From NCBI GenBank assembly GCA_951406725.2, contig OX597817.1:73904001-73968000 (forward strand): a stretch of DNA of 64,000 nt, written 5' to 3'. The DNA is from Octopus vulgaris. Lineage: Eukaryota. Below the pieces are notes generated by a model that did no database searches, was not told where the DNA came from, and saw only the letters and a list, made by a program, of their open reading frames with translations. Position numbers and translations under genes: made by a program. This document shows, piece by piece, positions 28,304 to 41,957 of this stretch; the stretch's first letter is position 1, and each line of letters starts with the position of its first letter.

Positions 28304-28339
28304 CTTTCTGTTGAAGAGCGTAGGCTTGAAACGTAAAAG
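28304..28339 (+). ncRNA. Minimal hammerhead-like motif with variant core
   Basis: cttt-CTGTTGA-agagc-gtag-gctt-GAAACGTA-aaag, with CUGUUGA in place of CUGANGA. Confidence 0.5.
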
Positions 28340-28563
28340 ACTTTCTCACCTTCCAGAGCTTTAAACTAGTACACCTGTTTGTTATTTACACATCTGTCTT
28401 CATCTTTTGGTTTTTTTTTTTGTAAATTCCAACTATATATATATATATATATACATACATACATACATACATATATACATACATGCATACATACATACAT
28501 ACATACATACATACATACATACATACATACATACATACATACATACATACATACATACATACA

Positions 28564-28599
<36 letters not shown>

Positions 28600-28745
28600 T
28601 ATATATATGCGCAGGAGTGGCTTTGTTGTGAGAAGCTTGCTTCTCAACCACATGATTCTGAATGCAGTCCCACTGCGTGGCACTATGGGCGTGTGTCTTC
28701 AAGTATAGCACCAGACCGACTAAAGCTTTGCGAGTGGATTTGGTA

Positions 28746-28932
28746 GATGATGCCCTAGCTTTAACCGCAAATACAAATAGACCAGCACAAGAAGGACATT
28801 ATCAATTGGACATTATCCAATTGATGAAAACTTTCGGTCTTAGCATAACTACGGATACCAACCTAACGGTTGTGAATTTCCTAGATGTAATCTTAGATCT
28901 AAATAAGAATATTTATAAACCTTATAAACCTT
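28746..28932 (+). mobile_element. Penelope-like RT fragment (catalytic DD to primer grip)
   Basis: DDALAL...IIQLMKTFGLSITTDTNLTVVNFLDVILDLNKNIYKPYKP matches the PLE GLxIT...VNFLDV.LDL...YKPY pattern. Confidence 0.78.
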
Positions 28933-28934
28933 AT

Positions 28935-30250
28935 ATTTCTTCAGATCTGCTAAAACGGATAGTCAGAGAGACACTAATCGCATTCCTTGAAGAAACTAAC
29001 TTGCTGGGTGATACCCAGCATGGCTTTCGACCAGGTAGGAGCTGCCTGACCCAGCTCTTACAACATTATGACTGGGTGTTGAGGCAACTATTCAACAACT
29101 CAAATGAGGACGTAATATACCTCGATTTTTCAAAAGCTTTTGACAAAGTGAATCATGGTATGGTATGCATGATCTCGGCGTAGCTGGAAAACTTGGAGAG
29201 TGGTTACATGACTTTCTGAAAGATAGAAATGAGGTAGTAGTGACCAATAGAGCCACCTCAATGAAAATACAAATAGTGAGCGGTGTTCCATAGGGCACTA
29301 TCTTGGGACCACTGCTTTTCATAGTGGCACACTCAGATATGCCCTCAACTGCCCTGATAGCCACTCTTGCTAGCTACGCAGACGATACGAAAGTCTCGCA
29401 GAAAATACAGAACCACAGAGATGTTGCACACCTGCAACAGGATTTGGACTCAATTTATAGATGGGTGAGGATAATAATAAATTCCAAGCCCTGCGCTACC
29501 AGCGTCCAAAACTGAATATAAAAATTATAGGATACACTGGTCCACAGGGGATTACAATCACATAGCCTAAATCAGTGTGGGACCTGGGTATCGACATGAG
29601 TGATGATACCTCTTTCCAAGTGCACATTATCAGGATGGCAACAAAGTGCAGACGACTGGCTGGCTGGATCCTGAAAACGTTCAGAACTAGAGAAAAGAAA
29701 ATCATGATGGTCCTCTGGAGGACATTCATCCTCAGCTGCCTGGGTGCTGCTCCCAGTTATGGTCACCCAACAGTGTAAAATTAACAGCAGAACTTGAAAC
29801 AATCCAGCGAAACTTCACAAAGAATATCGTCTCATAGCAACAGCTCAGCTAATGGGAAAAGCTGAAATAGCTAAGACACTACTCCCTGGAGCGAAGGCAG
29901 GAGAAGTACGCAGTAATATACATCTGGAAGATCCTGGAAGGAATTGTGCCAAATTTTCGTATTGAAAGCTACACCAATGCCAGAACGGGTCAACACTGCA
30001 CAGTGCCGAAGATCCCAGAAATGGCATCGCGCTTCAGGACCAGTTACTGCAACATCTTGGGTTTCAGGAGCCCATAGGTTTTCAATATTCTCCCAAAGAG
30101 CCTAAGGGACCTACACAAAGTGTATATAGGTGCTTTCAAATCAAAACTTGGCCTCTTCCTTTCGAGAGTCCCAGATAAACCTACCTCACAGCAAGAGGTG
30201 CAGATGAGGGTAGCGACATCAAACACCATTCTTCACCAAGTGCCACATGT
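28935..30250 (+). pseudogene. Decayed CR1-group LINE RT/3' region, related to 4122-7675
   Basis: FLEETNLLGDTQHGFRPGRSCLTQLLQHYDWVL, YLDFSKAFDKV, YADDTKV and DLGIDMSDD...TKCRRLAGWILKTFRTR are collinear with the intact ORF2 but carry stops and frameshifts. Confidence 0.93.
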
Positions 30251-30393
30251 TGGAGAATTGACAACATTGTACCTCCATTGCTTCTATGGAACAGCTCATT
30301 CTGCCTGTCAGTGTATATATATATATACATGTGTGTGTGTGTGTGTGTATGTATATATATATGTGTGTGTGTATAGATGTATATATATATATC

Positions 30394-30489
<96 letters not shown>

Positions 30490-30603
30490 ACAAAATGGGA
30501 CAAGAACGCAAAACATTTAGAAGACGATACAAAAAACACGGACGGGACATTCGAAGCCTTCAATGTTCAGTCAAGAACCGGATCATCCTCGCAATTTCGA
30601 CTG

Positions 30604-30644
<41 letters not shown>

Positions 30645-30648
<4 letters not shown>

Positions 30649-31550
30649 CCAAATCATAACAGACATCTACCACAAACCTACAGACTCACAACAATACCTC
30701 CTCTTTAGCTCATGCCACCCAAAACACACCATGATAAATATCCCTTTCAACTTAGCTAAAAGGGTATGCACCATTGTCTCGGATCCAAAATCTCGAGAAA
30801 TACGCCTTCGAGACCTCAAAAGAACACTATTACAATGCCAATATCCCTCCACTCTCATAGAGTATGTAATAAAACGTGCCAAAGAACTAGACACTGAAAA
30901 CCACCAAACCCAACAACACACACAACCCCAAAATACTTCCATACATTTCCACCCCCAACCCCCAAAATATCGAAGCATTCACCACAATCATACAAAACCT
31001 CCCCTTACTGTCCACAGACCCCAAAATGAACAATATTATCAATACACATAAAATCCTCAAATGTAAAAGGCAACATAAATCTTTGAAAAAACTCTCGACA
31101 AATGCCAAACTTCACACACCACATCCACCCCCATCAGTTAAAAAATTTACACGCCCGAACTGTGTTGCATGCCCCTTCCTACTTGAAGGCTCTAAATTTA
31201 CTATCAAACAAGGAACAAAGTTTAAAATCAAGACCAACTTTTCCTGTTCCTCCGAGAACCTCATCTACGTTCTCACATGCGCCGGTTGCCAACACAATTG
31301 TGTTGGACAAACGAACCTTCCTTTACGTAAAAGAGTAGTGGTACTTAAAGAACAGATAAATCTCCCAGAATACCGTCAAATTCCACTAAGTAGCCACATA
31401 GACTCGTGCGCTAGAGACAAAAATCTTAAATTTCACATATTCCCCTTCTACCAACGTAAAGACGGTATCACTACACAAGAAAGAATCAACAAGGAGAATC
31501 TTTTTATTGAAAAATTCCAAACGCATCGTAATATGCAAACTCCACGATGA
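30645..31550 (+). mobile_element. Penelope-like element fragment: RT thumb, linker and GIY-YIG endonuclease (frameshifted)
   Basis: TDIYHKPTDSQQYLLFSSCHPKHTMINIPFNLAKRVCTIVS (PLE thumb), then RPNCVACPF...FSCSSENLIYVLTCAGCQHNCVGQT...LRKR...HIDSC...ERINKENLFIEKF (GIY-YIG with Cys motifs). Confidence 0.9.
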
Positions 31551-32094
31551 CCATACTCCTTTTTCTAACGTCCTATCTGACAAAAAATTGATAATCTCAA
31601 TTGAAGAGCATAAAACCCACAGAGTTGTCTCCCCTTACTCACAGGAACTGGATAACTCCTACCCCATTTCCTGTTTTGACATTCATTTAACAAACACCCT
31701 AAAATAAGCACCACGTTTAATCACATGGATATTAATCCTCCAAGGAAATTTTTCCAAGGACTATCATTGAACTCAAAAAACATAAAGACTCTACAATGTA
31801 TCGGTATACTTATTTTTTAATTTTTGTATGCGTTTATTATTATTTTTTTTGAAAAAAAACATTGTAAATTTCTTTTTTCCCCTTCCACAATTTAAAAAAA
31901 AAATTCTTTTCACCTTTCAATTCTTGAAAAGTTGCTTTGCCATGAAAACCGTTAGAGTTAATATTTTTTTTATTATATTTTTTTAATTTTCCATACACCT
32001 ATTTTTATTAAAATTTACCTGCAATTCTGCCTTTTTATAATTTTTCGTCGCCTATCATTTCTCCAGGTGCAGTCAACACAACCCCACCATTCAT

Positions 32095-32147
<53 letters not shown>

Positions 32148-32741
32148 ATACGTATTTACGGCTGATTTAGCGAAATGCCAAATCGTATAGTATAAATTTA
32201 ATGTAGGCAGCTGGGCGCAATATAAACCGTATATGGAAAATTTAGTTGCTACCAATTCTGAGTGTATGCGTAACATGCACATATATTGCTAGAAATAAGA
32301 GTTAAACCACGTAAAAGCATATTTATATCATTTATATATTCTGACAGTGTAGGTAACTGTGAAGCTGAACCCGGAATCACGTGTTTGGGAAGCAAATGGC
32401 AAGAAGCTTGCTTCCCAAATGCATGGTTCCGGGTTGAGTCCCTCTGCGTGGCGCCTTGGGCCAATCAAAATATTTGTGTGCATTTGGTAGACGGAAACTG
32501 ATAGAAGCCCGTCATCTATATATGTATATGAGTTAGATATTTGCATGGTTGTTTTTGTGTCTCTGTTTGTTTCCCCACTACCACCACCACTTGACAACCA
32601 GTGGTCCCGTAACTTAGCACTTCAGCAAAAAAAAAACGATAAAATAAGTACCAGGATTTTAAAAATTTAAGTACTGGGTTCGATTCATTTCTTCATAGCG
32701 TGCTCCAGCATGGTCTCAGTCTAATGCCTAAAGGAATTAAA

Positions 32742-32797
<56 letters not shown>

Positions 32798-33864
32798 ACA
32801 CACACAGACATATGTGTATGTTTCATTCTGTATGAGATATACATAACATTTGAAACATCTCGTGAATTCTATTTGCACAGCAATTACGTATGAAAACAAA
32901 TTACTGAGACTTCTGTATATATGCACGCATGTATGTATGTATTGCCATCCTGCATAAATCTTCGTCAATGGATATTGAATGCACTGAACAGTAAATATTC
33001 TCGCATGAGCGTAAATATTGTTTCCATGCTGGTGGCGTCTCTGAATAATTAACAACATTGATTGATTGATTTCACTATATTTTATAAAACTTGCTAATTA
33101 TTTATAACATACTCGTGTGCAATTATTAATGCTTACTTGCAGTATATATCTACCAAGAGATTCTCTCCTCACTATTTCGGCAAGTAGCGAAAAATCTATA
33201 TTTCACTAAGGAGGACAAATAGGATCGAAACCCGTCTGGTATCGCCATTGATGTAGTCATGATTAAATTAATATTTATTAGTTATTGATCGAATGTTACC
33301 TTTTGTACAGAATACCTAAATAGAAATAGCTAGTTATAACCAGTCTGCTCGCGAATACATAGGCACCTAATATAGATAGCAAAAGCGAACAGCCGTTCAC
33401 TTTTGTTTCATTTGTCTGCCATCTGAGTTCAAATCTGAGTTAGACCAATATCAGCTTTGCTTTTTATCCTTTTGGAGTCAATAATAATTATAAAAATCAC
33501 CAATCCATCACCATCGTATCGGGTACCTTGCAGTATTTTTACCGGCCCTTAGCATTCTAAGTTAAAATCCTACTATTGCCTACTTCGATAGTAAACTCCA
33601 TCAATCGCCCGGCTTACACTACCACCTGGTACTTAGCGTACCATCAGCGGAATCTGTGTTACAAACATTCGACTCCATCTCCTGTCTGCGGTTACATTTT
33701 CCCTTCCTTCCCAAAAGCTTCGGAGGCACCGTAAAACTTCATGAACATTACCTTCTCTCCTGACTAAAAGATGGAGATAACAAAAGAGAAAAACAACTTA
33801 TCTGTAGATATAGATGTTTTGGTATATGAAACTGCTTTTATTTCTCGAATTGATTTAGTATGTT

Positions 33865-34151
33865 CAGGGTGGACCGAAAGTCTTGTTACCCCACCTACCA
33901 AAAAGTAATGAGAACAATAGAAGAACAAGTTGGATTTACTTTATTCATTTTCATTGACGCTGTCACACATCGAGAAGGTCTGTATGAAAACCATCATTTT
34001 CGTGGCACAAAATTATGTGTCACCATGTCATGTGTGATGTTTCTGGAAGCTGTGCTTTGGTGATTGCTGCAAAGGCTCTCCGAACGGCGTCCTTCAACTG
34101 ATGAATATTCTGGTATCGTTCATGTGGAACTCTCTCCTTGATAATATCCCA
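33865..34151 (-). mobile_element. Tc1/mariner-superfamily transposon 3' end
   Basis: The minus strand encodes WDIIKERVPHERYQNIHQLKDAVRRAFAAITKAQL...W*HIILCHENDGFHTDLL*, like a transposase C-terminus. A TIR-like CAGGGTGGACCGAAAGT sits at 33865. Confidence 0.65.
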
Positions 34152-35379
34152 GGGTCAGCAGTTTTTAAGGGGAGCGAGAAACTGATTATATCGACTCCAG
34201 TACTTGACTGGTACTTATTTTATCATCCCAAAATGATGAAAGACAAAGTCGACCTGCCGTTAAGCATTTTGTCCAGCATGCTCACGATTCTGCTTGCTCG
34301 CGGCTTTTAGAAAAAAGTATTAATGATAAACAGAATTCTTTTGATATTGTTTGACGTACCAGCGTCCCAACAAATTAAGGATTGAATATAAGCAATATGT
34401 TGAGAGGAAGAATAGCCTTATTTGTAGCTGTCAATGAAGCATAGTCATCCAAGTAACTCCCAGATGAATGGAGTCGAAAAAAAGAAATGTAATTGTAGAC
34501 AGATTTATACACGCTAGAATGAAAATTCAACATTTACCATTTAAGTATTCAACGGCTAAGTTGAGATAAATAAACACCATCCGTGTTTACTTGCATAGAT
34601 ATTCACATACAAACAATTACTGACTCACACAGAAACAAGATTACGCACACGCGTACACATCGCAACAGTTAAATGACGAACACGAGGCACCTAGAGTGTC
34701 TCTACTTCGTAGACCAACCTGCTAGAAATAGTACTCAAATATCCTTGTTTTGAAAGAGGACGGACCTAAAAAACGACGGAAACGTCCCGAAATGTGCTTG
34801 CTCATACCATTTCTCACTCCGGGCTGACTTCAGTCAAATAGCAAAAACACCGCCAACGACAACAACCAAAAGGTCTCAAGAAATAAATTCACAAGGACTC
34901 CTCTACGTAGTCACTTGGCATGCTAGCAGTAGCTGTAAGATTTTCTTCAAATTCCACTCTACCCTCTTAATACAAGAGTCGACTTCAAATAAAATGAGAT
35001 GTCACTGGAAGGAAAATTATTGATTATATATGAGCGAAAAAGAATGACCAATGGACCTAGTTATGGATTTCATTACAAGAATAGAAGAAAACTGGTTCAT
35101 TCGTCGGTCGGAGTGACCTAGTGGGCTGAAACACAAACCTGGGAACTCAAGTTCCTAAGTTTCTGTTATTTATTTCTAGTGGACCAGGGCTAACCTCAGG
35201 TAAAGCAAGAGCAACAACTATACATATGCAAATTTTCTAGATCAGAGCATGGTGAATAGGGGAAAATCTTCGAAACAAAGACCAAAACTAAAAGGTAGTG
35301 CTGGACGGTGTTGAGAGTGAGGTTCTTCTGTCTGTATATCATATGTTCTGACGAAAGGCCGTATTTATACTCGCTCCCC

Positions 35380-35680
35380 AGACTGGTAAGCTTGATATGT
35401 TGATATGGTTGATGTTTAGGGCAAACATATGTAACTCAATGTATGGAAGAAAAGCATTGGCGAGAAGAAAGTTCAAAGGGTTACAATTCAAGATAAAGAA
35501 TGGATGAGTACTGGGTAAAATATTTAGCGCTGGATCTAAGAGGAGTTGAGAAATCGAGGGTAACTAGAAGAGGAAAGTTGTATGGACATAAGTTTGGGAA
35601 GCAATAGAGCTTGCTTGTACAGAACAATTGATGCCGTAGGAGAAAGTATAGAAAAAAGAAGGGCAACGGGAGGAAATTAC
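35380..35680 (-). pseudogene. Highly decayed LINE ORF2 C-terminus
   Basis: Minus-strand LNFLLANAFLPYIELHMFALNINHI loosely resembles the WNxLP..FP...L..FK..IN terminal motif. Confidence 0.3.
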
Positions 35681-36296
35681 ATCGGTTAGTTAATATTTAC
35701 TGCGAGTAAGGGATAAAGACTTTTTTTAATCAATCGAATAGCCTTGTTTTGAAATATTCAAAATTCCTTCACAAGGTACTAGTCAGCCTGAAGCAAGAGA
35801 AGAAGATATTTACCGAACTAGCAACCGCGCATTTTAATCATTCAGTCATGTTAGTGCCTGCGTACACCAAAAGTAAATATCATAGTAAAATACATCTTGC
35901 TAAATACATAAATAAAATAAGACAGTGAAACTAAATATTTTGACCTACTTTCCAATTATTTTTGCAGCTTTCAAAAAAAAATTAATATGTTTAGCACGTG
36001 GCAGTATTGTTAAGAAACTCGGTTTGCAACCACGTGGTTTCGGGTTCAGTTCCATTGCGCGTCACATTGAGCGTCTTTTACTTATATCCCTAGGACGACA
36101 AGTACTATGTGAGTGAATTTGGTAGACGGAAAACGTGTGAAAGCTCATTTAAATAAATGTGCGTGTTATTGTTTTTGTTTGCTACCCCACCTACACTGCT
36201 TGACAATCGGTGTTGGTTTGTTTACGTTCCAATAACATAGCTTTTCGGCAAGAGTGACTGATAGAATAAGTACCATGTTCTAAAAATAAGTACTGG

Positions 36297-36497
36297 GGTA
36301 CAACAGAAATAAGAAGAAAGAGTGAGAGAAAGTTGTGGTGAAAGAGTACAGCAGGTTTCGCCACCATCCTCTGCCGGAGCCTCGTGGAGCTTCAGGTGTT
36401 TTCGATCAATAAACACTCACAACTCCCGGTCTGGGAATCGAAACCGCGATCCTACGACTGCGAGTCCGCTGCCCTAACCACAGGGCCATTGCGCCTT
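36297..36497 (-). mobile_element. SINE family B
   Basis: Reverse-complement match to 18417-18610 and 48226-48474. Confidence 0.85.
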
Positions 36498-38014
36498 CAC
36501 CAATTACATAAGTCTCAGTGTTCAACTGCTACTTATTTTATTGACTTCGAAATAATGAGAAGTAAAGTCGTCAACGTCGGCATTTGATCCAAGAACGTAA
36601 AGACGGACAAAATGCCACTAAGTATTCTTCCGGCGTGCTAACGTTTCTGCCAGCTCGTTGCCTCACCCTTATTAATAATATTGAGTTATTAATATGTTCC
36701 AAATAATGTTTCTAACTTAGGCACAATTAGACAGCGTGGATTAGTACTGGTACCTTACTTTTCGGGACTCTGGAGGGATGAAAGCAAAACTGTACGTTTG
36801 AATTCACAGCGTAAAGAATCCGAAAAAAATACCAGAGAGTGTATTTTTCTCTGGCGTTCTGATGATTCTGCCAATTTATTTCTCTCATTAATAACAATAA
36901 TTGTTCCAAAGTTTGGTACAAGGACAGCATTTTTTTTTTTCTTTTTAGAGAAGGAGGCAAGTCAATTACACCGACCCAAATGTTTAACTACTTACATTAT
37001 CGATACCGAAAGGGTGAAACGAGAAGTCGACCTCAGTGGTATTTGAACTCGGAACGTAAAGCCGGAAGAAATGCCGCTAAGTATTTTGTCCGGCATACTA
37101 ACCATTTTGCCACCTCTCCGCCTTTTTTAATTACAATTATAATGATGGTAATAACATAAGAATTCAATAAATATAATATTATTTGCCTAAAGATTAAAGA
37201 CGATTATTGCTGATGAATAAGTATATGTAGTTTGGAAGTCAAAAAGAAAGAATTGTTTATTGTTTCATGAACATTTAATTTCAGATGATGCTGAGGCTGA
37301 ATAATTTTTAAAAAAGATACAAGATATTTTGAAAATTTTTCTTTTCTTTGAAGGAAACAATAAATAATGGTGAGTAAAACTTTTGTCAAACAAAATGCCC
37401 CAAGGTAATTATAAGACAGCTGAAGATATTTAGCACTGATCTCTTCTTAAAACTAGAAGTTTTAATGGAATATTTAAGCAGTTCACTTGAGAACATCGTA
37501 GTAGCCACTAGAAACAGCTGCAATTCTATATTTTTTGCAAGGAGTTTATTGGTAAGATAATATGTTATTGTTGTTTTATCAGATTTACTTACTAAAAATC
37601 ACTGCTTGTGTTTTTCTGTCTATCTTATATTTAATTTAGTCTACTCTTCAGTAAATTTTGACTGTAAAACTTAGGAGGCGTAAAAGTATTAAAATACTGC
37701 ATTAGAAGCAAAGAGATTTGAGAACAACCGTAACAAAATCCAACTTCTCCAAATCCAAGGGATGGAGAATCTTTTCTTAGTGAGAAGCCAACTCATTCTT
37801 ACAGTAAGATTTCAAAGAATCAAAAGAAAAACAACATACTTTATAGCTAAGTGTGTATGAATGTGTGTGCACATAGGAATTGACATGCCTTTGGGCTTAA
37901 AACGCTTGACAAACTCATGGTTCCGGCTTTGTTCTCACTGTGTAACATTTTGGACTAGTGTTCTTTTACTATAGTGTTGAGCAGACTAATGATTTATAAA
38001 TAAAGGACCCTATC

Positions 38015-38056
<42 letters not shown>

Positions 38057-38438
38057 GCGCACACAGTTTTCCGACTTGCTGCTTAAGCTCGAGGAGCAAT
38101 CATAAACTCAGGAGCAGAACATATAACACCACTTAAACTTCGGAAATTTACATCTTAGGTGCACATTTACGTGCACTGGCAGGGTGGAATACGTTATTAG
38201 CAAACGAAGAGAGTAAACTATATATCTGCATATTCATACACACACACACAGCCACTCGCATGAATATATATGCATAGATGCACACTAGCATCTGTATATA
38301 TATGCATTCTTATGCAATACCAAAGCTGATATATGGTGGATTAGAAGACGCTTGTGCATCTTCTTATCAACTATATATATATACACATAAATGCATACAC
38401 ACATACATTATCTGTCTATCTATCTATCTATCTATCTA

Positions 38439-38481
<43 letters not shown>

Positions 38482-38557
38482 GTGTGTGTGCGTGTGTGTG
38501 TGTAGAAAGGTAGATAGATTGGCAAGAAGGGATAAACATCCCTCTGTGATTCACCCT

Positions 38558-38706
38558 CTAATGCAGTATCGCCTGAAGAAATGAATCAATAATGATGATC
38601 AACCGGATGCTCGCGGATACTACGAACTGAACTGTAGTCATCCCAAGGATACGGATTTTGATGTTAAAGTCATGGGATTCGTGGAAACGTGCGTAGCGAT
38701 GCATTA
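38558..38706 (+). ncRNA. Type I hammerhead-ribozyme-like motif with long loop 2
   Basis: taatgca..atcgc-CTGAAGA-a-atgaatc...gattcgt-g-GAAACGTGCGTA-gcgat-gcatta, with an extended stem I, a 7-bp stem II and a GUA triplet. Confidence 0.68.
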
Positions 38707-39213
38707 AATATTTATGAATTCCAACCTAGAATTATTCGTATTCTATTTATCCTACATTAAATCGGTATAACCTGATGCAACCCCGAAAAAACTGATCAGT
38801 ATCATTAGATGGTAGCCGGCATAACAAAATAGGAGCTCTATCTTGATATCCTTAATATATATCTTTATATCCTTATCATATATATATAATTATAGTTTAT
38901 TTCTTCAGAAGTGTATGAGCTGGCAAGAAGAACAAGAGAGTTCAAGTGTATATCAAAGAGGAGAAATGAATAAACAATTACTTATATCTTTACATCTGTT
39001 TCAACCATTCAGTGAGCGGTTGATATTAAAATGCATATTATACATTTGTTATTACTTCTTCTGAGGAGAATATTCTGTTTGTTGTATGGAAGCACTCATG
39101 TATCAAAATTCATGGGTTGATTATATGAATGCTTATGTTTTTGAGTAATACTGCCTCGTGTATACTTGAGTTTGCATTTGAATATCAAACATGTATACAT
39201 ACATACGTGTATG

Positions 39214-39274
<61 letters not shown>

Positions 39275-40020
39275 AAACGACGGGTCTCCACCGAATGTCA
39301 CTCAATACAAATCTATGGTGGAAGAGACATCTCTCTGTGGGATGGAACCTATATGCATGTACTTGCAAAAGCAAACGTCTTAACTAGACCGCGCCTTCGT
39401 TTATTTTTAGAATTATTTTTCCCGTTTTCTTGTTTATATCCAAATGTGTATTTGTGCCTATGGAACGTGTATATGTGTAGTATATGGGTATGAATATGTG
39501 TAAGTGAGAGAAATAAAGTGAGTGCGAGTGTGAGTGAGTGAGGAAGAGTGGGCGAGATTGAGTGAGTGCTCGATGAATGCAGTAAATTGAAAGATTCGAA
39601 GCGAGTTGTTAAGTCGGACATATCTAAATACTGTAAAACATTCATTCCCACACTCAGTTATTTCTCTTCCACCTCGCTGATCTACAGCATAATCTTAAAA
39701 TATAAAGTATAAATGAAATAGAGCAGCAGTAAATGGTAGCTCACCGTATTAAATCCTCTATAGTAGCTGGTTTGGTTTTCTCAATTATGATGTCCCGAGT
39801 TCAAAACCAACTTGTTGTTTACTCTTATGAATTTGATATATTTCGCTGATGTGGTCAGAATAAGACGAAAATATGTTTCTTGTACTTTCCTAGAAATATT
39901 AAAACAATACTAACTATTGACTAACATTGTTTTTACCATGTTAAATAATTGTTTTAGTAAGATCTATAGTTTTCCATGCATTAAACATGTTAAATGTAAC
40001 TCATTTTTAATGCAGATTAA

Positions 40021-40077
<57 letters not shown>

Positions 40078-40145
40078 TTTGTGTGTGTGTGTGTGTGTAT
40101 CTCGCAATAGCCAGTAAAACTACATTAATATTACTCACTGACTAA

Positions 40146-40714
40146 GGCGGCGAGCTGGCAGAAACGTTAAGACGCCGGGCGAAATGCTTAGCGATATTTC
40201 GTCTGCCGCTACGAAGTGAGTTCAAATTCCGCCGAGTTCGACTTTGCCTTTCATCCTTCAGGGGTCGATAAATTAAGTACTAGCTACGCACTGGGGTCGA
40301 TGAAATCGACTTAATCCGTTTGTTTGTTCTCTCTGTGTTTAGCCCCTTGTGGGTAGTATAGAAATAGGTATTTCGTCTGCCGCTACGTTCTGAGTTCAAA
40401 TTCTGCCGAGGTTGACTTTGCTTTCATCCTTTCGGGGTCGATAAATTAAGTAGCAGTTACGCACTGGAGTCGATATAATCGACTTAATCCGTTTGTCTGT
40501 CCTTGTTTGTCCCTTCTGTGTTTAACCCCTTGTGGATTGTAAAGAAACAGGTATTTCGTCTGTCTTTACGTTCTGAGTTCAAATTCCGCCGAGGTCGACT
40601 TTGCTTTTATCCCTTCGGAGTCGATAAATAGAGCACCAGTTCAGCACTGGGGACGATGTAATCGACTTATCCCCTCGCCTAAATTGCTGGCCTTGCGCCA
40701 AAATTGGAAATCAG
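40146..40714 (+). mobile_element. SINE family A with internally triplicated body and 17-bp TSD
   Basis: Unit TATTTCGTCTG... restarts near 40195, 40369 and 40552. TSD tattact(c/a)actgactaa at 40129-40145 and 40715-40731. Confidence 0.9.
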
Positions 40715-41324
40715 TATTACTAACTGACTAATATTATAATTATGACATTAGCATCATAAAATTTACAGAAATATTCTGTAAGTTTTATTATGCTACAAGC
40801 ATTAAATATGCTACCACTTAATTTACTTTAGTATGTTATATTATACTACGTGCAATTTAATAATAATCAAATCTACTTTCTATATATGAGTGTGTCTTTG
40901 AGTGCATCATTGTGAGAAACAAATAATACAAACAAGCGCCTCATGAAAATGTCTGCTGCTTTATGGACAAAACGCACGAATACATTGTTATGATTTAAAG
41001 GGCAAAAATTATAAGGAAGCCTTTATTACGTGATTTGTTTCTTTGTAAGAAATCACGTGTTCCTTGTTTGATTTCATACGCGGGAGTTTAGGACCTGTTT
41101 CTTCTACCAAAGACCCGGTTCGACCGAATAACGTATGTGTGTGATTTGGCAAACGGTAATGGTGTGGTAGCGTGTCATACAAACGAGAAAAAAAAATTAA
41201 GAAAAAATATTAAGAAAAATTTTAAGCGCAATGGAGATAATTCTGTTCATGGGTGTTGGGATATGCATTTTTCACCCCCAAAAGAAGAATGCTGTTAATG
41301 TTAAGTGTATAATGTGTTTTCTAG

Positions 41325-41409
41325 GTAACAAGTATTATCTAGAGGATGTCAAACCTATCACTTGTAGGTGTGATCAAAACGGGAAAAAGGTTAAACAGTG
41401 TTCAACTAT
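41325..41409 (+). other. Candidate Cys-rich exon (gene or pseudogene)
   Basis: Acceptor gttttctag|, donor |gtaagg, open frame NKYYLEDVKPITCRCDQNGKKVKQCST. Confidence 0.35.
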
Positions 41410-41622
41410 GTAAGGGGATATCTTCCAATACAATAACCGAAACTTATTTCACGTGATTTTTCTCGTTTTTATTGTAGTTCTTTTATTGTAGTAGCCATGT
41501 GATACGAGCCTCAACGATCGCCGAATAGTATACGGTACGCTTAAACAGCGCTCCTAGAAACTGCATTTTCCAAACATAAAACTTCAAGTAGTTCACATTT
41601 TAGTCAAGGCCGTCATTATATA

Positions 41623-41667
<45 letters not shown>

Positions 41668-41922
41668 ATAATAATATATAAGCTTATAAGCGATCAATGT
41701 GCATTGACTAAGGTAAATAATCTAATACTGATGCATATAAAACCTCGATGGAAAAAGTAGGGACTCGTACGCATGGGACTCGACCCCCCCCCCTCACACA
41801 CACACACACGTATATATAACAATTATAACTGGAAGATACATATTAACCGTTCAAAAACGCACAAAAACATTTAGTCACATCATTTACATTATTTACAATT
41901 GACGGATATTTTTCCTCATCTT

Positions 41923-41957
41923 GTTTCGGCTGATATACCCTCCAACCTTCATCAGGT
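41923..41957 (-). ncRNA. Truncated hammerhead motif (inverted copy)
   Basis: Minus strand CTGATGA-aggttg-gagggtatat-cagcc-GAAAC. The cleavage site and the 3' strand of stem I are deleted. Confidence 0.6.

Noticed and set aside
33205-33245. Hammerhead-like CTAAGGA...GAAAC; also CTGACGA at about 35348
   Set aside because: The core is mutated or the GAAA half is missing, and stems are not supportable.
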